A stretch of 64,000 nucleotides of DNA, taken from IMG/VR virus record IMGVR_UViG_3300045988_131126, one strand, 5' to 3'. Made by a program: the position numbers and the translations under genes. The stretch is from a virus. Below the pieces are notes generated by a model. The model was given only the letters and a program-made list of their open reading frames with translations, made no database searches and was not told the origin of the DNA. Shown here in pieces: positions 36,357-46,965 of the stretch (its first letter is position 1; each line of letters starts with the position of its first letter).

Positions 36357-37949
36357 TCATGAGATTTGTGTCCATTTATTATTAATATAAACGAATTTCA
36401 CACCTTTATATTTATGTAAAGTAAGCTCTTTGGACTCCAATAGTACAATATTAGAAGAGATATTCTTTAATTTTCTACCTCTACTAGATACTAATTCTAT
36501 CGTCTGGCCTTCGATACCTCTATTTATGATAGATAAATCTACATCTCCAGATATATCTATATAGCAATTTCTAAAGTCTTTAATAATAAGAGTACCATCA
36601 GTACCAGAAAGATCCTCTGTATACTTATCAGTAACCATATATCTTTCTGGATCAGAATAATCTGTAACCATTCCGAGATTAGTATATACTGATAAAGGAG
36701 TATATCCTGTATTTTTGATGGATGCGTTTACGAATAATTTAGCGTTCATATTCTTAAAGATATATCTAGTATCTTTTCCAGAGTATGAATATATGTGATT
36801 TCCTCCAAGTAATACAGAAGATTCTTTATTTGCAGAAATATTATATACTTCAAATACATCAGTAGCAGATATATTAGATATAGATATATTGGATTTTGAA
36901 CCTGATCCTACAGATATTCCAGTATATCCTTTTTCTATTCTTAGATTGTCGATAGTTACATCAGAAGATGTAACAGAATTATCAATTCCGACTAATCCCG
37001 AATTATTATTCTTATATAATATTCTTACGTTGGAAATGGTTACATTTCCTACAGGAACTAATCCAGTTATAGAAATAGCTTCTTTAATATTATCGAATTT
37101 ACAATTTACAATTGAAATATTGTCTGATAATACACTCTCAGAAGTATCTCCATGAATATATAACCCTTTACCAGATGCAGCTGTATTGGTAAATTCTGAA
37201 TCTAATATTTTAATATTAGAGCTATCAGATATTTCGATTGCATTTTCATTTTCTTTTATTCCGGTAAATTTGCAATCAATGAATTCTATATTTTTAGATT
37301 TATTAACATAAATCCCTCTGCCAGAATAATTGCATTTCACATTTAAATTTCTTAATGTAATATTTTCGCAATTCTTGATATTAATAGTAGCATTCTTATC
37401 TAAGAATAACGTAGCTCCATTAAAATCTATATATTTACCATTTGGAATAGTAATATTTTGAGTTATCCTATAGGTTTTATTGGATACAAACTCTATAGAT
37501 TCATCTAATTTAAGCAATCTTGTAATAGGCTCGATATCGTCAGCATTACCGTCTCCAGCAGCACCAATTTGTTCTGGTCTAACTGATCCGTCTGGAGATA
37601 ATATTGCTTTTAACACAGTTCTGCTATTGATAGGGAGAATAGTATATCCATTGGTAACCATCGCTGGAGCATAAACTACTTCGTATCTAGCAGCACCACC
37701 ATCTCCACCTTTATTAAAACCTTTTGTATATGCTACGCTTCCTTCTGTAAGAGATTCTGATGCAGATAATTCTCCTACATTATCAAAAAATAAATTATCT
37801 CTTAAAACGTTACCAAGAAAATCTTCTACTTTCATTCTCTTAGTACCGTCTTTTCCTTCTATAATAACCCAGTCGTATCCATTTTCAATAGTAGATTTGA
37901 CTGGTAATTCTCTGATCATTTTGTATTGATCAACACTTAAAATTGACAT
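36357..37949 (-). CDS. tailspike-like protein, right-handed beta-helix (pectate-lyase-like) depolymerase
   Basis: Anchor ..WVIIEGKDGTKRMKVEDFLGNV. Then repeated rungs of type NITLRNLNV / NIEFIDCKF / NIKILDSEF / NISIVNCKF. Confidence 0.5.
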   Translation of the reverse strand: MSILSVDQYKMIRELPVKSTIENGYDWVIIEGKDGTKRMKVEDFLGNVLRDNLFFDNVGELSASESLTEGSVAYTKGFNKGGDGGAARYEVVYAPAMVTNGYTILPINSRTVLKAILSPDGSVRPEQIGAAGDGNADDIEPITRLLKLDESIEFVSNKTYRITQNITIPNGKYIDFNGATLFLDKNATINIKNCENITLRNLNVKCNYSGRGIYVNKSKNIEFIDCKFTGIKENENAIEISDSSNIKILDSEFTNTAASGKGLYIHGDTSESVLSDNISIVNCKFDNIKEAISITGLVPVGNVTISNVRILYKNNNSGLVGIDNSVTSSDVTIDNLRIEKGYTGISVGSGSKSNISISNISATDVFEVYNISANKESSVLLGGNHIYSYSGKDTRYIFKNMNAKLFVNASIKNTGYTPLSVYTNLGMVTDYSDPERYMVTDKYTEDLSGTDGTLIIKDFRNCYIDISGDVDLSIINRGIEGQTIELVSSRGRKLKNISSNIVLLESKELTLHKYKGVKFVYINNKWTQIS

Positions 37950-37962
37950 AGTTTACCTCCTT

Positions 37963-39780
37963 TTAAAAGTATAAACTCATATTTTGATAAATCATGTCTG
38001 CTATATTTTTATGCATATCATCATTTGGATATAATCCATCCATAAGATATGATTCGTAGTTATATTTATTTACACAAGAATTATCATATAAATTTAATAC
38101 AGGTAGATGATATTTCTTGCCTATATTAATTATAGCTTCTTTATAGTCATCGAGATATATATAATTCTTTGGATAATCGTCACTATTCTTTCCGTCTCCA
38201 TAATCTTGCCTTGCTCTAAACAATGGGGTTACTAAAAGAATCTTCATTGCAGGAGCATAAGTAAGGAGCATTCGGATAGCATTATTCATAGATCCATAGA
38301 ATGTAGTATCATTAAAATCATCTATAGTACCAAGTTCACCTTTGGCTTGATACCAATCGTTAGTACCAGCAAATATTATACAATATTTACATCTATCATC
38401 TATAGAGCTAGTACTAATCTGAGTTAATATAGATTTATTTGTACATACAGTATCATCATAGTTACCAACTGTCGCATCTCCAAGAGCATGATTAGCAACT
38501 ACAAATCCATATTTAGAAGATAGCAAACTAGCATATGATTTAGTTCTTATAGCACTAGAACCTATACCATAACTAATACCATCTCCATATATTAATAATT
38601 TCTCCCCATCAAATTGAGATTTATTCAATTTATTAATTTGATGCCATTGTGTAACTGTAGGCATTCCAGAAGATCTCAAAAATTTCTGAGATACATAAAT
38701 AAGACAATAATCATCTGTAGTATCTGCTAAGACATACATAAGAGTATTTCCATATTTAGATATATTTAATGTATACTGTCTATCTATATTAGGAGTACCA
38801 GTTACTCCTTTCATTACATAATAAGATCCAGTAGCTTCTTCATCAAATATATTACCATCTTCTATAATTCCTCTATTATCATATTCGTCAGATAATAAGT
38901 AATTTGATACTTTAAATCCAGAGTTAATATCCCATACTTCATCGAAATCTACTGTATGAATTTGTGTTCTTACACCAGATCTGACATACCTTGGTCTTAA
39001 CTCTAGATTATTGAAATATTCTATTTCTTGCTTTATATATACTCCAAGTTCACCAAATCTGGTAACTTCAAGTATTCTTAAATTTGTATCTTTCTCATCA
39101 TATTTAGGTAGATCTTTTACATCCGGTCCTAATAAATATATACCATCATCTATTATATTATTTACACTATCAGTAGTAATAAACCCTCTATATCTGTAGT
39201 ATGGTCCTAATTTAGTAGAAATAATAGCGTTATTTGCTATATGTCTAGTTAACCATCCACCAGCTGGTACTGTAGGGATAGAAACTGGAGTATCGCCAAC
39301 CATAGCATCTAATACTTCTTGTGCTAAATTTGATAATTTTATTTTATAAGCATCATCAGAAGTATCTAATTCGTCAGCTCTTATTGGTACATTATTATCT
39401 CTTTTATTAGCTAATACGTTATTAATAGGAATAAGATCTTTTACTTCTATCTTTCTAGAATCTAAATCATCTTCTACACCTTTTAATTCTTTTTTAGTAG
39501 CATAATTTTCTTTTAAATCTTTTACATCGCCTTCCATGCCAGTAATAGTTTCTTTGGTTGATTTTTTGAAGGCTTCTATAATTTCATCTATCTTCTTAGA
39601 TGAATATAACTTAGCTTCACCAGGAGTTTCTTCGTCTTTTATCATACTAAGAATAAGATTAAGCAAAGTTATTTTCTTCGTATCATCTTTATCTTGGATC
39701 ATCAATATATCTGTATCTAAAGCTTTAAAACGTTCTGTTAATTCTTCCAAATTAACAAGAGTAAAATCTTGATTTGACAT
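37963..39780 (-). CDS. tail fibre protein with C-terminal SGNH/GDSL-like hydrolase domain
   Basis: Anchor ..ILMIQDKDDTKKITLLNLI. C-terminal LLIYGDGISYG (block I reads GDG, not GDS), FAGTNDW (block III), NDDMH (block V DxxH). Confidence 0.45.
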   Translation of the reverse strand: MSNQDFTLVNLEELTERFKALDTDILMIQDKDDTKKITLLNLILSMIKDEETPGEAKLYSSKKIDEIIEAFKKSTKETITGMEGDVKDLKENYATKKELKGVEDDLDSRKIEVKDLIPINNVLANKRDNNVPIRADELDTSDDAYKIKLSNLAQEVLDAMVGDTPVSIPTVPAGGWLTRHIANNAIISTKLGPYYRYRGFITTDSVNNIIDDGIYLLGPDVKDLPKYDEKDTNLRILEVTRFGELGVYIKQEIEYFNNLELRPRYVRSGVRTQIHTVDFDEVWDINSGFKVSNYLLSDEYDNRGIIEDGNIFDEEATGSYYVMKGVTGTPNIDRQYTLNISKYGNTLMYVLADTTDDYCLIYVSQKFLRSSGMPTVTQWHQINKLNKSQFDGEKLLIYGDGISYGIGSSAIRTKSYASLLSSKYGFVVANHALGDATVGNYDDTVCTNKSILTQISTSSIDDRCKYCIIFAGTNDWYQAKGELGTIDDFNDTTFYGSMNNAIRMLLTYAPAMKILLVTPLFRARQDYGDGKNSDDYPKNYIYLDDYKEAIINIGKKYHLPVLNLYDNSCVNKYNYESYLMDGLYPNDDMHKNIADMIYQNMSLYF

Positions 39781-39878
39781 AAGATATTTCCGTCCTTTCT
39801 TCGAAGAATTATTAATATGATGTTCCGGCTAGGGCAAAAACAAGAGGTGTACATTAGTACACCTCTTATATAAGCATT

Positions 39879-41783
39879 TTATTCGTTTACACATTTATTA
39901 TAGAATCCTTCAAATGTCATTAATTGTAATTCGCCAGAATCTACTTTCTCCATTATATGATCAATTACATTTTCAAATGTAACCTCTTTTAATGAAGAAT
40001 CTGTTCCGTATTCTGTTACATCATTAGTGAATAATGCCATGCATTGTCCAGTTTCTATAATATAATCTATCCATTCGTTAATATCTTCAGAATTATTCTT
40101 ATTTCCTACCTTGATTACTGGCATACAGAAATCATTTCTTCCGAAGAAACTACAATATGTATTTTTATATATATTTTCTATACGAGCAATTTTATATCCC
40201 ATAGATTTCAATATCTTACATGTATTATCCTGAAGGTTTCCATATGGTGCGCTATAAGATATAGGATTAGCTCTAAGGGCTTTAATATAACTATCAGTGA
40301 ATAATAAATTGATATACTGCTCATAATCATTATCATCTTGAATAAGAAGTTCTTTATTAGGATGGCATCCATAAGGAGCTATATCCCATCCATATGTATA
40401 ATGATATTTAGACAATTTAGCTTTAGCATCTTTGGTTAAAGTTGTCCCTGAATTTGTAAATATAGTACATGGAATATTTCTAGAGTATAAATAAGGATAA
40501 GTATATTCAAATCCATGATCGTATACACCATTAAAGTTTAATAACAACGTAGGCTTCATCTTTTGGTTAAAGATGATAGAAGAAATATAAATATCAGAAT
40601 TATTGATCTGATCATTTCTTACTATCTCTAATCTGATAGACTGTATTGCAGCTTTATCTGGAGATCCAACTTTGATAAAGTCTTTTAATGGTTTCTTTAA
40701 ACAATTCCAACCATTAATCATTTCTGTATTACTGATATTATATTGGTAATAATTTGATGGTATTACCAATGGAGAATCACTAGATAGCTTAATGATTAAT
40801 CCGTCAGTGCTATCGAATGCTTTTATAATATCTTTAGATACATAGAATACCAATGTACAGAGATCGAAATTTACTGGATCACATTTGATAGTAAATTTTG
40901 GATTCGCTGTAGCTTCTAATCTTGTATGTATCTTCAATGAAGATTTTTTATCTCGGGTCTGGTCGTCTGATATAGTATATGTAGCATCGTCATCATTCTT
41001 ATTAAATATAAGATCGGCTCTTGGATATACATATGTACCATAATCGGTAATTAATCCGCATTTGTCTTTCTCATCATACAATTTATCTTGCAGTTCCATA
41101 CACTTGTCATATAAATATTTAGAATCTATATCATATGCAGTATATGTAATACTAATTTCACTATTAGGTATATTGCAAGATAATTCACAAGCATCATTTT
41201 TCAAACGATACTCAAATGCTCCATTAGATCCTACAATATCCTTATTTACTGTATCATTTCCATCTTTAATAACTAATGTGCCTATATCAGTTATATTAGG
41301 ATATATTATATTTATAGTGCATAATCCTATAGCAATATTTTTAGGATTATTTATAACTATAGGATTACCTTTTACTGTAATAACTTCGGACAATTTATCC
41401 ATTTTTATTCCAGTCAATTCTTCTTTATCTCTTAATATTCTCTCATGTAAAGATGATTCTCCATCTCTAGCATCTACCACCTCTGTATCTTTTCCTGTTC
41501 CGGCGGATGCTGATATTTGAGAAACTCTTTTATTTGTTTTTTCTAATTCCTGTTTAACAGCTATAAGTTCATCAGAAGAAATAATTTTATCTAACTTACT
41601 AGCTAAATATTTGGTTGAATAAAATAATATAGATGATGGACTCTTATTATCTCCAACAAAAGCTTTTTTGAGTTCTTCTACAGTAGCCTTCTTAGTGTCT
41701 TCTTTATCTTCAACGATGATAAGATTATTATCTTCTATATCGTTTTTTTCGAGGAGATCTTCTATTCTGGTTTCAAGATCCAT
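39879..41783 (-). CDS. tail fibre protein, C-terminus weakly polysaccharide-deacetylase (CE4)-like
   Basis: Anchor ..LIIVEDKEDTKKATVEELKKAFVGDNKSP..FYSTKYL. The C-terminal ..NFNGVYDHGF.., ..YSAPYG.. only loosely recall the NodB motifs TFDDG / RxPY. Confidence 0.35.
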   Translation of the reverse strand: MDLETRIEDLLEKNDIEDNNLIIVEDKEDTKKATVEELKKAFVGDNKSPSSILFYSTKYLASKLDKIISSDELIAVKQELEKTNKRVSQISASAGTGKDTEVVDARDGESSLHERILRDKEELTGIKMDKLSEVITVKGNPIVINNPKNIAIGLCTINIIYPNITDIGTLVIKDGNDTVNKDIVGSNGAFEYRLKNDACELSCNIPNSEISITYTAYDIDSKYLYDKCMELQDKLYDEKDKCGLITDYGTYVYPRADLIFNKNDDDATYTISDDQTRDKKSSLKIHTRLEATANPKFTIKCDPVNFDLCTLVFYVSKDIIKAFDSTDGLIIKLSSDSPLVIPSNYYQYNISNTEMINGWNCLKKPLKDFIKVGSPDKAAIQSIRLEIVRNDQINNSDIYISSIIFNQKMKPTLLLNFNGVYDHGFEYTYPYLYSRNIPCTIFTNSGTTLTKDAKAKLSKYHYTYGWDIAPYGCHPNKELLIQDDNDYEQYINLLFTDSYIKALRANPISYSAPYGNLQDNTCKILKSMGYKIARIENIYKNTYCSFFGRNDFCMPVIKVGNKNNSEDINEWIDYIIETGQCMALFTNDVTEYGTDSSLKEVTFENVIDHIMEKVDSGELQLMTFEGFYNKCVNE

Positions 41784-41904
41784 ATTTCACACTCCTTTAC
41801 TATTAATTACTTTATTGTTTTGGATCGTACAAAATACGCAAAAAATAAAGTAATATTTACATTAATTGGAGGTAGAGGATGATGCCCTCTACCTCTTATA
41901 CTAC

Positions 41905-42726
41905 CTACTTTTTTCTAGACGTACTATTCTTTCTAGGAGTAGTACTCTTTCTAGATGTTGGTGGCTTAGTTGTCTTTTGGGTTGGTTCGTTTGGCTCTTC
42001 TTCTGCTTTGGTCATCTGTTCAATGTTTGAAGCAAGCTTCTGATTTAAATCAGAATTTGGATTATTAATAATATTATTAATAATAGAATCGGCTATTATT
42101 GCAGCCGTATCTTTATGTTCAGCTTTGGACTGAAAATTTGCAATATCAATAATTTTATCAACGTCTTCCTTTTTAAGCTCTACCTTAGGTTTTTGTTGAA
42201 CAGCAGCTTCCGGTTTCTCTTCTACTGTTGGTTCTGTCTTTGAGGTTTCTTTAAGAGCTTCGGTCTCCTCAGGTTTCGTAGCCATGTCTTTTTCGGTAGA
42301 TTTTGTAGCTGTTTCAACTGGCTCTGTCTTTAGGGCTTCTTCAGGAGTTTCGGCCTCTTCTACTTTGGATTCTTCTTTTACCGGTTCAGAAATCACTTTT
42401 TCTTTTTCAACCGGTTCAGTTTTCTCTTCAGTAGGTTTCTTCTTTATTATATTAGAATTCTCTTCGAACTCTACAGTCTCAGAAACTTCTTTATCAAATG
42501 TAACTTTTGATTTTTCTTCAGGATGCATGGTTTCAACTTCTGGTTCTTCTGTATTATATGTTTTAGAACACGCTTCACGTATTCTATCAAGCTTACTAAT
42601 CTTTCGATCTAAGCTATTCAAATTATGACTGATTCTAATACTAGAACCAATACCGTGAAGATTCGTTACTACAGAATCTCCAAAACAAAATAAGCTGCTT
42701 CTAATTTCATTCATTAAAATACTCAT
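41905..42726 (-). CDS. low-complexity E/K/P/T-rich protein with basic S/T/R/K tail
   Basis: Repeats of type KTEPVE / EEKPE. C-terminus ..KTTKPPTSRKSTTPRKNSTSRKK. SD GGGAGG. Confidence 0.55.
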   Translation of the reverse strand: MSILMNEIRSSLFCFGDSVVTNLHGIGSSIRISHNLNSLDRKISKLDRIREACSKTYNTEEPEVETMHPEEKSKVTFDKEVSETVEFEENSNIIKKKPTEEKTEPVEKEKVISEPVKEESKVEEAETPEEALKTEPVETATKSTEKDMATKPEETEALKETSKTEPTVEEKPEAAVQQKPKVELKKEDVDKIIDIANFQSKAEHKDTAAIIADSIINNIINNPNSDLNQKLASNIEQMTKAEEEPNEPTQKTTKPPTSRKSTTPRKNSTSRKK

Positions 42727-42942
42727 ATTAAATACCTCCCTAAATGTGTTTTGTGTTTACGTATAATACCTTGGTTAGCCAAGTCTCTATTTAGTTTTTA
42801 TTAAGAATACATTCTTATTATCTTCTCAATGTGATAATATATAATTCAGAACCTTAAATTTTACATTCAGAATGGTTCTTAGATATACCCGAAACATTAT
42901 ATTAATTAAAGCGTAAATAGACTTTTACGAGAGGAGAATAAG

Positions 42943-44112
42943 ATGAGAGCTTTAAATTACGATTTTAGTGGATTAACAAAATCCTTGTCATATCTTGTAA
43001 ATGGTGGTACTAAATCAGGCTATAATGTATCTATGGAATTAGATAAATTCTTTTCTGATTTAAAATGTACGTCGGTACAATATACAGATAATACGGATAA
43101 TGAATTTTTTGGATTATACATTAAGAATACGAATATGACTCCAAGAAAAGCTGTACCTAGAGAGGGAGATTTAGACTATACACCATGCAATTATTCTATA
43201 GAAATTGATAGTAAATTAGCTAGTGTATTAAACCCTGTCGAATTAACAGCTGTTATAATTAATGAAATAAAAAATATAATTTCGGTTCAATCATTAGAAA
43301 AATTTAGGGATGCTTTTGATTTCTATATTGGAATGAATAACTTCAGTATTAATCTGGAGCTTATGAATAATCATCCCAATTTATTCAGACTCATGTACGA
43401 TGAATCTGTAGCTACATTATTATCTGTATTTAGATTGCCTACATCTGATATTATAGTTGCTGATGATTTTATGGTCGGATGCGGATTATATGAAGAATTT
43501 AATAGTGCTATGGATAAAGTAAAAAGACTAAAAGAATCTATATTTACAGATGAATTAGGGAATAAATTGCTTACTATGCAATGGTATATCTCAGTAATAA
43601 ACGATTCTATTACTGATACTAGATATATTTCTTCTATATTGAGAAGAGGATTTAAATTAACTGGATCTAAATTACTTAGAGCTAATATACTCAATTCTAT
43701 TAAAGAACTTGAGCCAATGACAGATACAACAGAGAGATATTATAAGTCTCTCACTGAAGCTGCTGGTAAAAAATCTTTAGCAATGCAGATTAAAGATAGT
43801 GGGTTAAGAGCTATTGAACAAGATGTATATGAATATACAATGAGAATAAAAAATATTGAAGATGAAAATGATGCCTTATTATTAATGAGACAGCTTAATA
43901 ATAGAATAGCCATATTGGAAGATTATATAGCGCAAGAAGAACTTGATGAAAGAGTGTATCAGAAATGGAATAAAGTATTAGAGAAATATTATTCTTTGAG
44001 AGAATCTCTTACTAAGAAAACCATATATAAACAGAAAATGTACGGTTTATTCGCAGATTACAATGTACTTCAGCAGATGTACATGAGAGGTGAATTAAAC
44101 ACTGTTTATTAA
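42943..44112 (+). CDS. hypothetical protein
   Basis: 389-aa ORF, SD GAGAGGAG. Confidence 0.6.
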   Translation: MRALNYDFSGLTKSLSYLVNGGTKSGYNVSMELDKFFSDLKCTSVQYTDNTDNEFFGLYIKNTNMTPRKAVPREGDLDYTPCNYSIEIDSKLASVLNPVELTAVIINEIKNIISVQSLEKFRDAFDFYIGMNNFSINLELMNNHPNLFRLMYDESVATLLSVFRLPTSDIIVADDFMVGCGLYEEFNSAMDKVKRLKESIFTDELGNKLLTMQWYISVINDSITDTRYISSILRRGFKLTGSKLLRANILNSIKELEPMTDTTERYYKSLTEAAGKKSLAMQIKDSGLRAIEQDVYEYTMRIKNIEDENDALLLMRQLNNRIAILEDYIAQEELDERVYQKWNKVLEKYYSLRESLTKKTIYKQKMYGLFADYNVLQQMYMRGELNTVY

Positions 44113-44120
44113 AAAAGATT

Positions 44121-44148
44121 ACCCCATATACCATATGGTATATGGGGT
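44121..44148. terminator. hairpin between convergent genes
   Basis: 12-bp stem ACCCCATATACC-ATAT-GGTATATGGGGT. Confidence 0.6.
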
Positions 44149-44152
44149 TCTG

Positions 44153-44827
44153 TTATTCCTCTGGATCTGCATCCTCGGAATGCTTTCTTTTGAATGGAGA
44201 TTTAGCAGCATTCTCTTCCTCATCTACATCGTCTGCAGAAACGCCTTCGCCGTCAGGCCCGTCTGATTGCAGTACGGGGTCCTCCTGATGGTTTAACTCA
44301 GTAGAAGTATCTTCTTTTTCTTCTTCGCATGATTCTGTTTCTCCATCTCCATTAGAATCTTCTTTATTTTTAAATTGTTGTTTATTCTTTTTTCTTTTAT
44401 CTGCTTCTTCTTTTTCTTCTTCCTCTTGTTGATCAAACATTTCGGATAGAACATTGAGAAGTTTATTGTCAGACAAAACATTAGCTCCTGCTTTAACAGC
44501 ATAAGCTACAATTCTATTATTGATAAATATATTAGCTACATATCCGCTACCTGCACCACCAGCAAGACATATTAATACATATAAAGAGAAGTTTATATGA
44601 TGCATATCTCTAGCTGCGCATATAATAGCTGTAACAGGAATTGGTACGAATATTAAACCTTTTATAGATATCTTTTTCTTTTTCTTAGAAGAAGATGATA
44701 ATATCTCCTTTATTAATGTACCGATAATACACAATACATATGTGACTAAAAAGCTTCCATACAAATATGAAAGAAGCTCGTTAAGTATAGATTGATCGGC
44801 ATTCATAATTGGCGAAGCCTCCTTCAT
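44153..44827 (-). CDS. membrane protein with poly-Lys loop and long acidic tail (holin-like, tentative)
   Basis: About 3 hydrophobic segments (FLVTYVLCIIGTLI, LIFVPIPVTAIICAA, LYVLICLAGGAGSGYVANIF), then an E/D/K-rich C-terminus. Start uncertain. Confidence 0.4.
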   Translation of the reverse strand: MKEASPIMNADQSILNELLSYLYGSFLVTYVLCIIGTLIKEILSSSSKKKKKISIKGLIFVPIPVTAIICAARDMHHINFSLYVLICLAGGAGSGYVANIFINNRIVAYAVKAGANVLSDNKLLNVLSEMFDQQEEEEKEEADKRKKNKQQFKNKEDSNGDGETESCEEEKEDTSTELNHQEDPVLQSDGPDGEGVSADDVDEEENAAKSPFKRKHSEDADPEE

Positions 44828-44839
44828 ATCAGTTTCGAT

Positions 44840-45805
44840 TTAGTTCTCTTCTATCGCACAATTATAGGCATTTACTAAAATTATCATAATTATTAAATAA
44901 CTAGCAATTAGTATAGAGCCTAATACATACGATAGATTGAGAGAATTTCCGTGATTTACTAAAATTTCTTCTTCAGATGTATCATTGATTAGTTCTGGAA
45001 ATTTTGCAGTTATTTGATCATATAAATTATATTCTTGTATTACTACTAATTTGTGGTTTCTTCGGATTACACCTTTTACAACGTCCTTTTGCCCAAATAT
45101 ATCACCATCATCAGTAATATATGCTGGTACAAGGAATTGGTAAGATTCTAATCCTTCTAAACCTTCTTCTTTATATATCCTTTTCAGTTGACTAAATGAA
45201 GCATTAGGTATTTTATAATGATCATTATATTCTGACATAGATATACTTTCTATAGCTATATTTCCTTTTGTTTTGGCGAATATACTCTTGATAGCAGTAT
45301 CAAATAGAGGTTTGTTATATTGCCAATTTCTTTCGTTTTCGTAAGTTCTTTCCAATCCTTCTGGAGCGCTACTCATACGCTCATAATTATTGTCAAAAAC
45401 TATACCACTATTATTTAAAATAAGAATACCATTTCTAGTATTCTTTACCCTATTTAAAGAAACATTTTTAGTTTCTCTTTCCAGAATATCACAATAATAA
45501 TCTGGCTGTTCTTGGTTATCTAATTCTTGTTTTAATTCTCCCATATCTACTGAACTTTTGATTGCTTTTTCAATATTTTCGGAAACCAATTTAGCACTAT
45601 TATATGCTTCATCATTCAATTCATCAATACAACTTACAATAGTTTCAAACTTCTGGTTTCTAAAACTAGAAAGAATGTCATCGTTAGCTCGTCTTAATGA
45701 AAAGAGTATATCCGTATATACTATAATGACTACCAAAAATACGCAAGTAACTATCATTAGATAGGTTTTTATAGTTTTTGGTGATTTGTTTTTTATTTTA
45801 CTCAT
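44840..45805 (-). CDS. bitopic membrane protein (TM at both ends)
   Basis: N-terminal TYLMIVTCVFLVVIIVY and C-terminal VLGSILIASYLIIMIILV flank a ~250-aa soluble domain. Confidence 0.5.
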   Translation of the reverse strand: MSKIKNKSPKTIKTYLMIVTCVFLVVIIVYTDILFSLRRANDDILSSFRNQKFETIVSCIDELNDEAYNSAKLVSENIEKAIKSSVDMGELKQELDNQEQPDYYCDILERETKNVSLNRVKNTRNGILILNNSGIVFDNNYERMSSAPEGLERTYENERNWQYNKPLFDTAIKSIFAKTKGNIAIESISMSEYNDHYKIPNASFSQLKRIYKEEGLEGLESYQFLVPAYITDDGDIFGQKDVVKGVIRRNHKLVVIQEYNLYDQITAKFPELINDTSEEEILVNHGNSLNLSYVLGSILIASYLIIMIILVNAYNCAIEEN

Positions 45806-45899
45806 ATCACATCCACCCTTATATATTTTTATTAATATGATGTTTCCAGAGCTATTTAGGGTAACTTATATATAAAACATATTAGGAGGTGACTATATT

Positions 45900-46226
45900 A
45901 TGACTACAGATGATATTTTAAAACAAGTAACAGATGTGCTTGTACAGAATGTAGATATCAGCATTGTAATCATTTGCCTTGTTATTGGTGCTATTCTTAA
46001 GCATCTTGTAACAAAATTTAACAATGATTGGATCCCGATAGCTCTTATCGTATGCGGTATTATCGTATCGTTTGGTATTTCGGCATTGAAAGGATTTACA
46101 GATGATCCAATTCATATTGTTATTGTCGGAATTGCTAGCGCAGCTGCGGCTGTTGGTATTCATCAGAGTGGGAAAACTATTTACTTATATTCAAAGAATT
46201 CCGGCTCTGTCGATAAAAAAGAATAA
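45900..46226 (+). CDS. holin (Gram-positive phage phi LC3/LL-H-like)
   Basis: 108 aa with TM segments. ..NDWIPIALIVCG.. and ..AAAAVGIHQSGKTIY resemble that holin family (recalled). Charged C-terminus. Confidence 0.6.
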   Translation: MTTDDILKQVTDVLVQNVDISIVIICLVIGAILKHLVTKFNNDWIPIALIVCGIIVSFGISALKGFTDDPIHIVIVGIASAAAAVGIHQSGKTIYLYSKNSGSVDKKE

Positions 46227-46298
46227 TATTCCATTTGTTGGTAGTGCTGGAAAGTGCTACCAACATACTTTTGATACTAAATAGGGAGGAAATATAAA

Positions 46299-46856
46299 AT
46301 GCCGATTGATTTAAACTTATTAGAGATTGAAGGAAAGAGACAAGAGTACAAAGACTATATCGAGGAACATAGAAAAAATGTAAAAACCGTATGGTTAAAC
46401 ATTTTAAAATGTCCAGAATTAAGAAATATGGTTAATGCTGGGATGTATGGTAATCAAACTGGTACTGTATTTGAGCATATTATTAATCAGAATATTGATA
46501 TGCACGATATGTCTAAATATAGTGAAGAAGAATTTGAGCCATATAGAAGACATTTCCATTCAGTTAATGAAAAAGAGAAAGAAGAAAGTACATTTGATTA
46601 TGGAATAGCTTGGCAGCATCATAAAGATAATAATAAACATCATTGGCAGTATTGGTCAGAAAGACATATAGTAAATGATATGCCTTGGCAATATGTAGTA
46701 GAGATGTTTTGCGATCATGCTGCTATGAGTATAAAATTCGGAGGGACTGCTTTAGAGTGGTTTAACGAACAATTAGCAAATAAAGAGATAAAAGTTGGAG
46801 AGATTCAGAAAACTTCTTACCTTAAATTGGCAAAATTATACTATGATAAATATTAA
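46299..46856 (+). CDS. hypothetical protein with HD-like motif (NIDMHDMSKYSEEEFEPY)
   Basis: 185-aa ORF, SD GGGAGG. His-rich. Family assignment not verifiable here. Confidence 0.3.
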   Translation: MPIDLNLLEIEGKRQEYKDYIEEHRKNVKTVWLNILKCPELRNMVNAGMYGNQTGTVFEHIINQNIDMHDMSKYSEEEFEPYRRHFHSVNEKEKEESTFDYGIAWQHHKDNNKHHWQYWSERHIVNDMPWQYVVEMFCDHAAMSIKFGGTALEWFNEQLANKEIKVGEIQKTSYLKLAKLYYDKY

Positions 46857-46873
46857 AACAATAATATATTATA

Positions 46874-46905
46874 AATGTGTAAGGATATGATAATCCTTAC
46901 ACATT
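46874..46905 (+). terminator. 13-bp hairpin after 46299..46856
   Basis: AATGTGTAAGGAT-ATGATA-ATCCTTACACATT followed by TT. Confidence 0.6.
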
Positions 46906-46965
46906 TTCATTAACTCAAAAACAAGTAGAAAGATCAGGAGGAAGGAAGAATGAATTACGGCGCTT

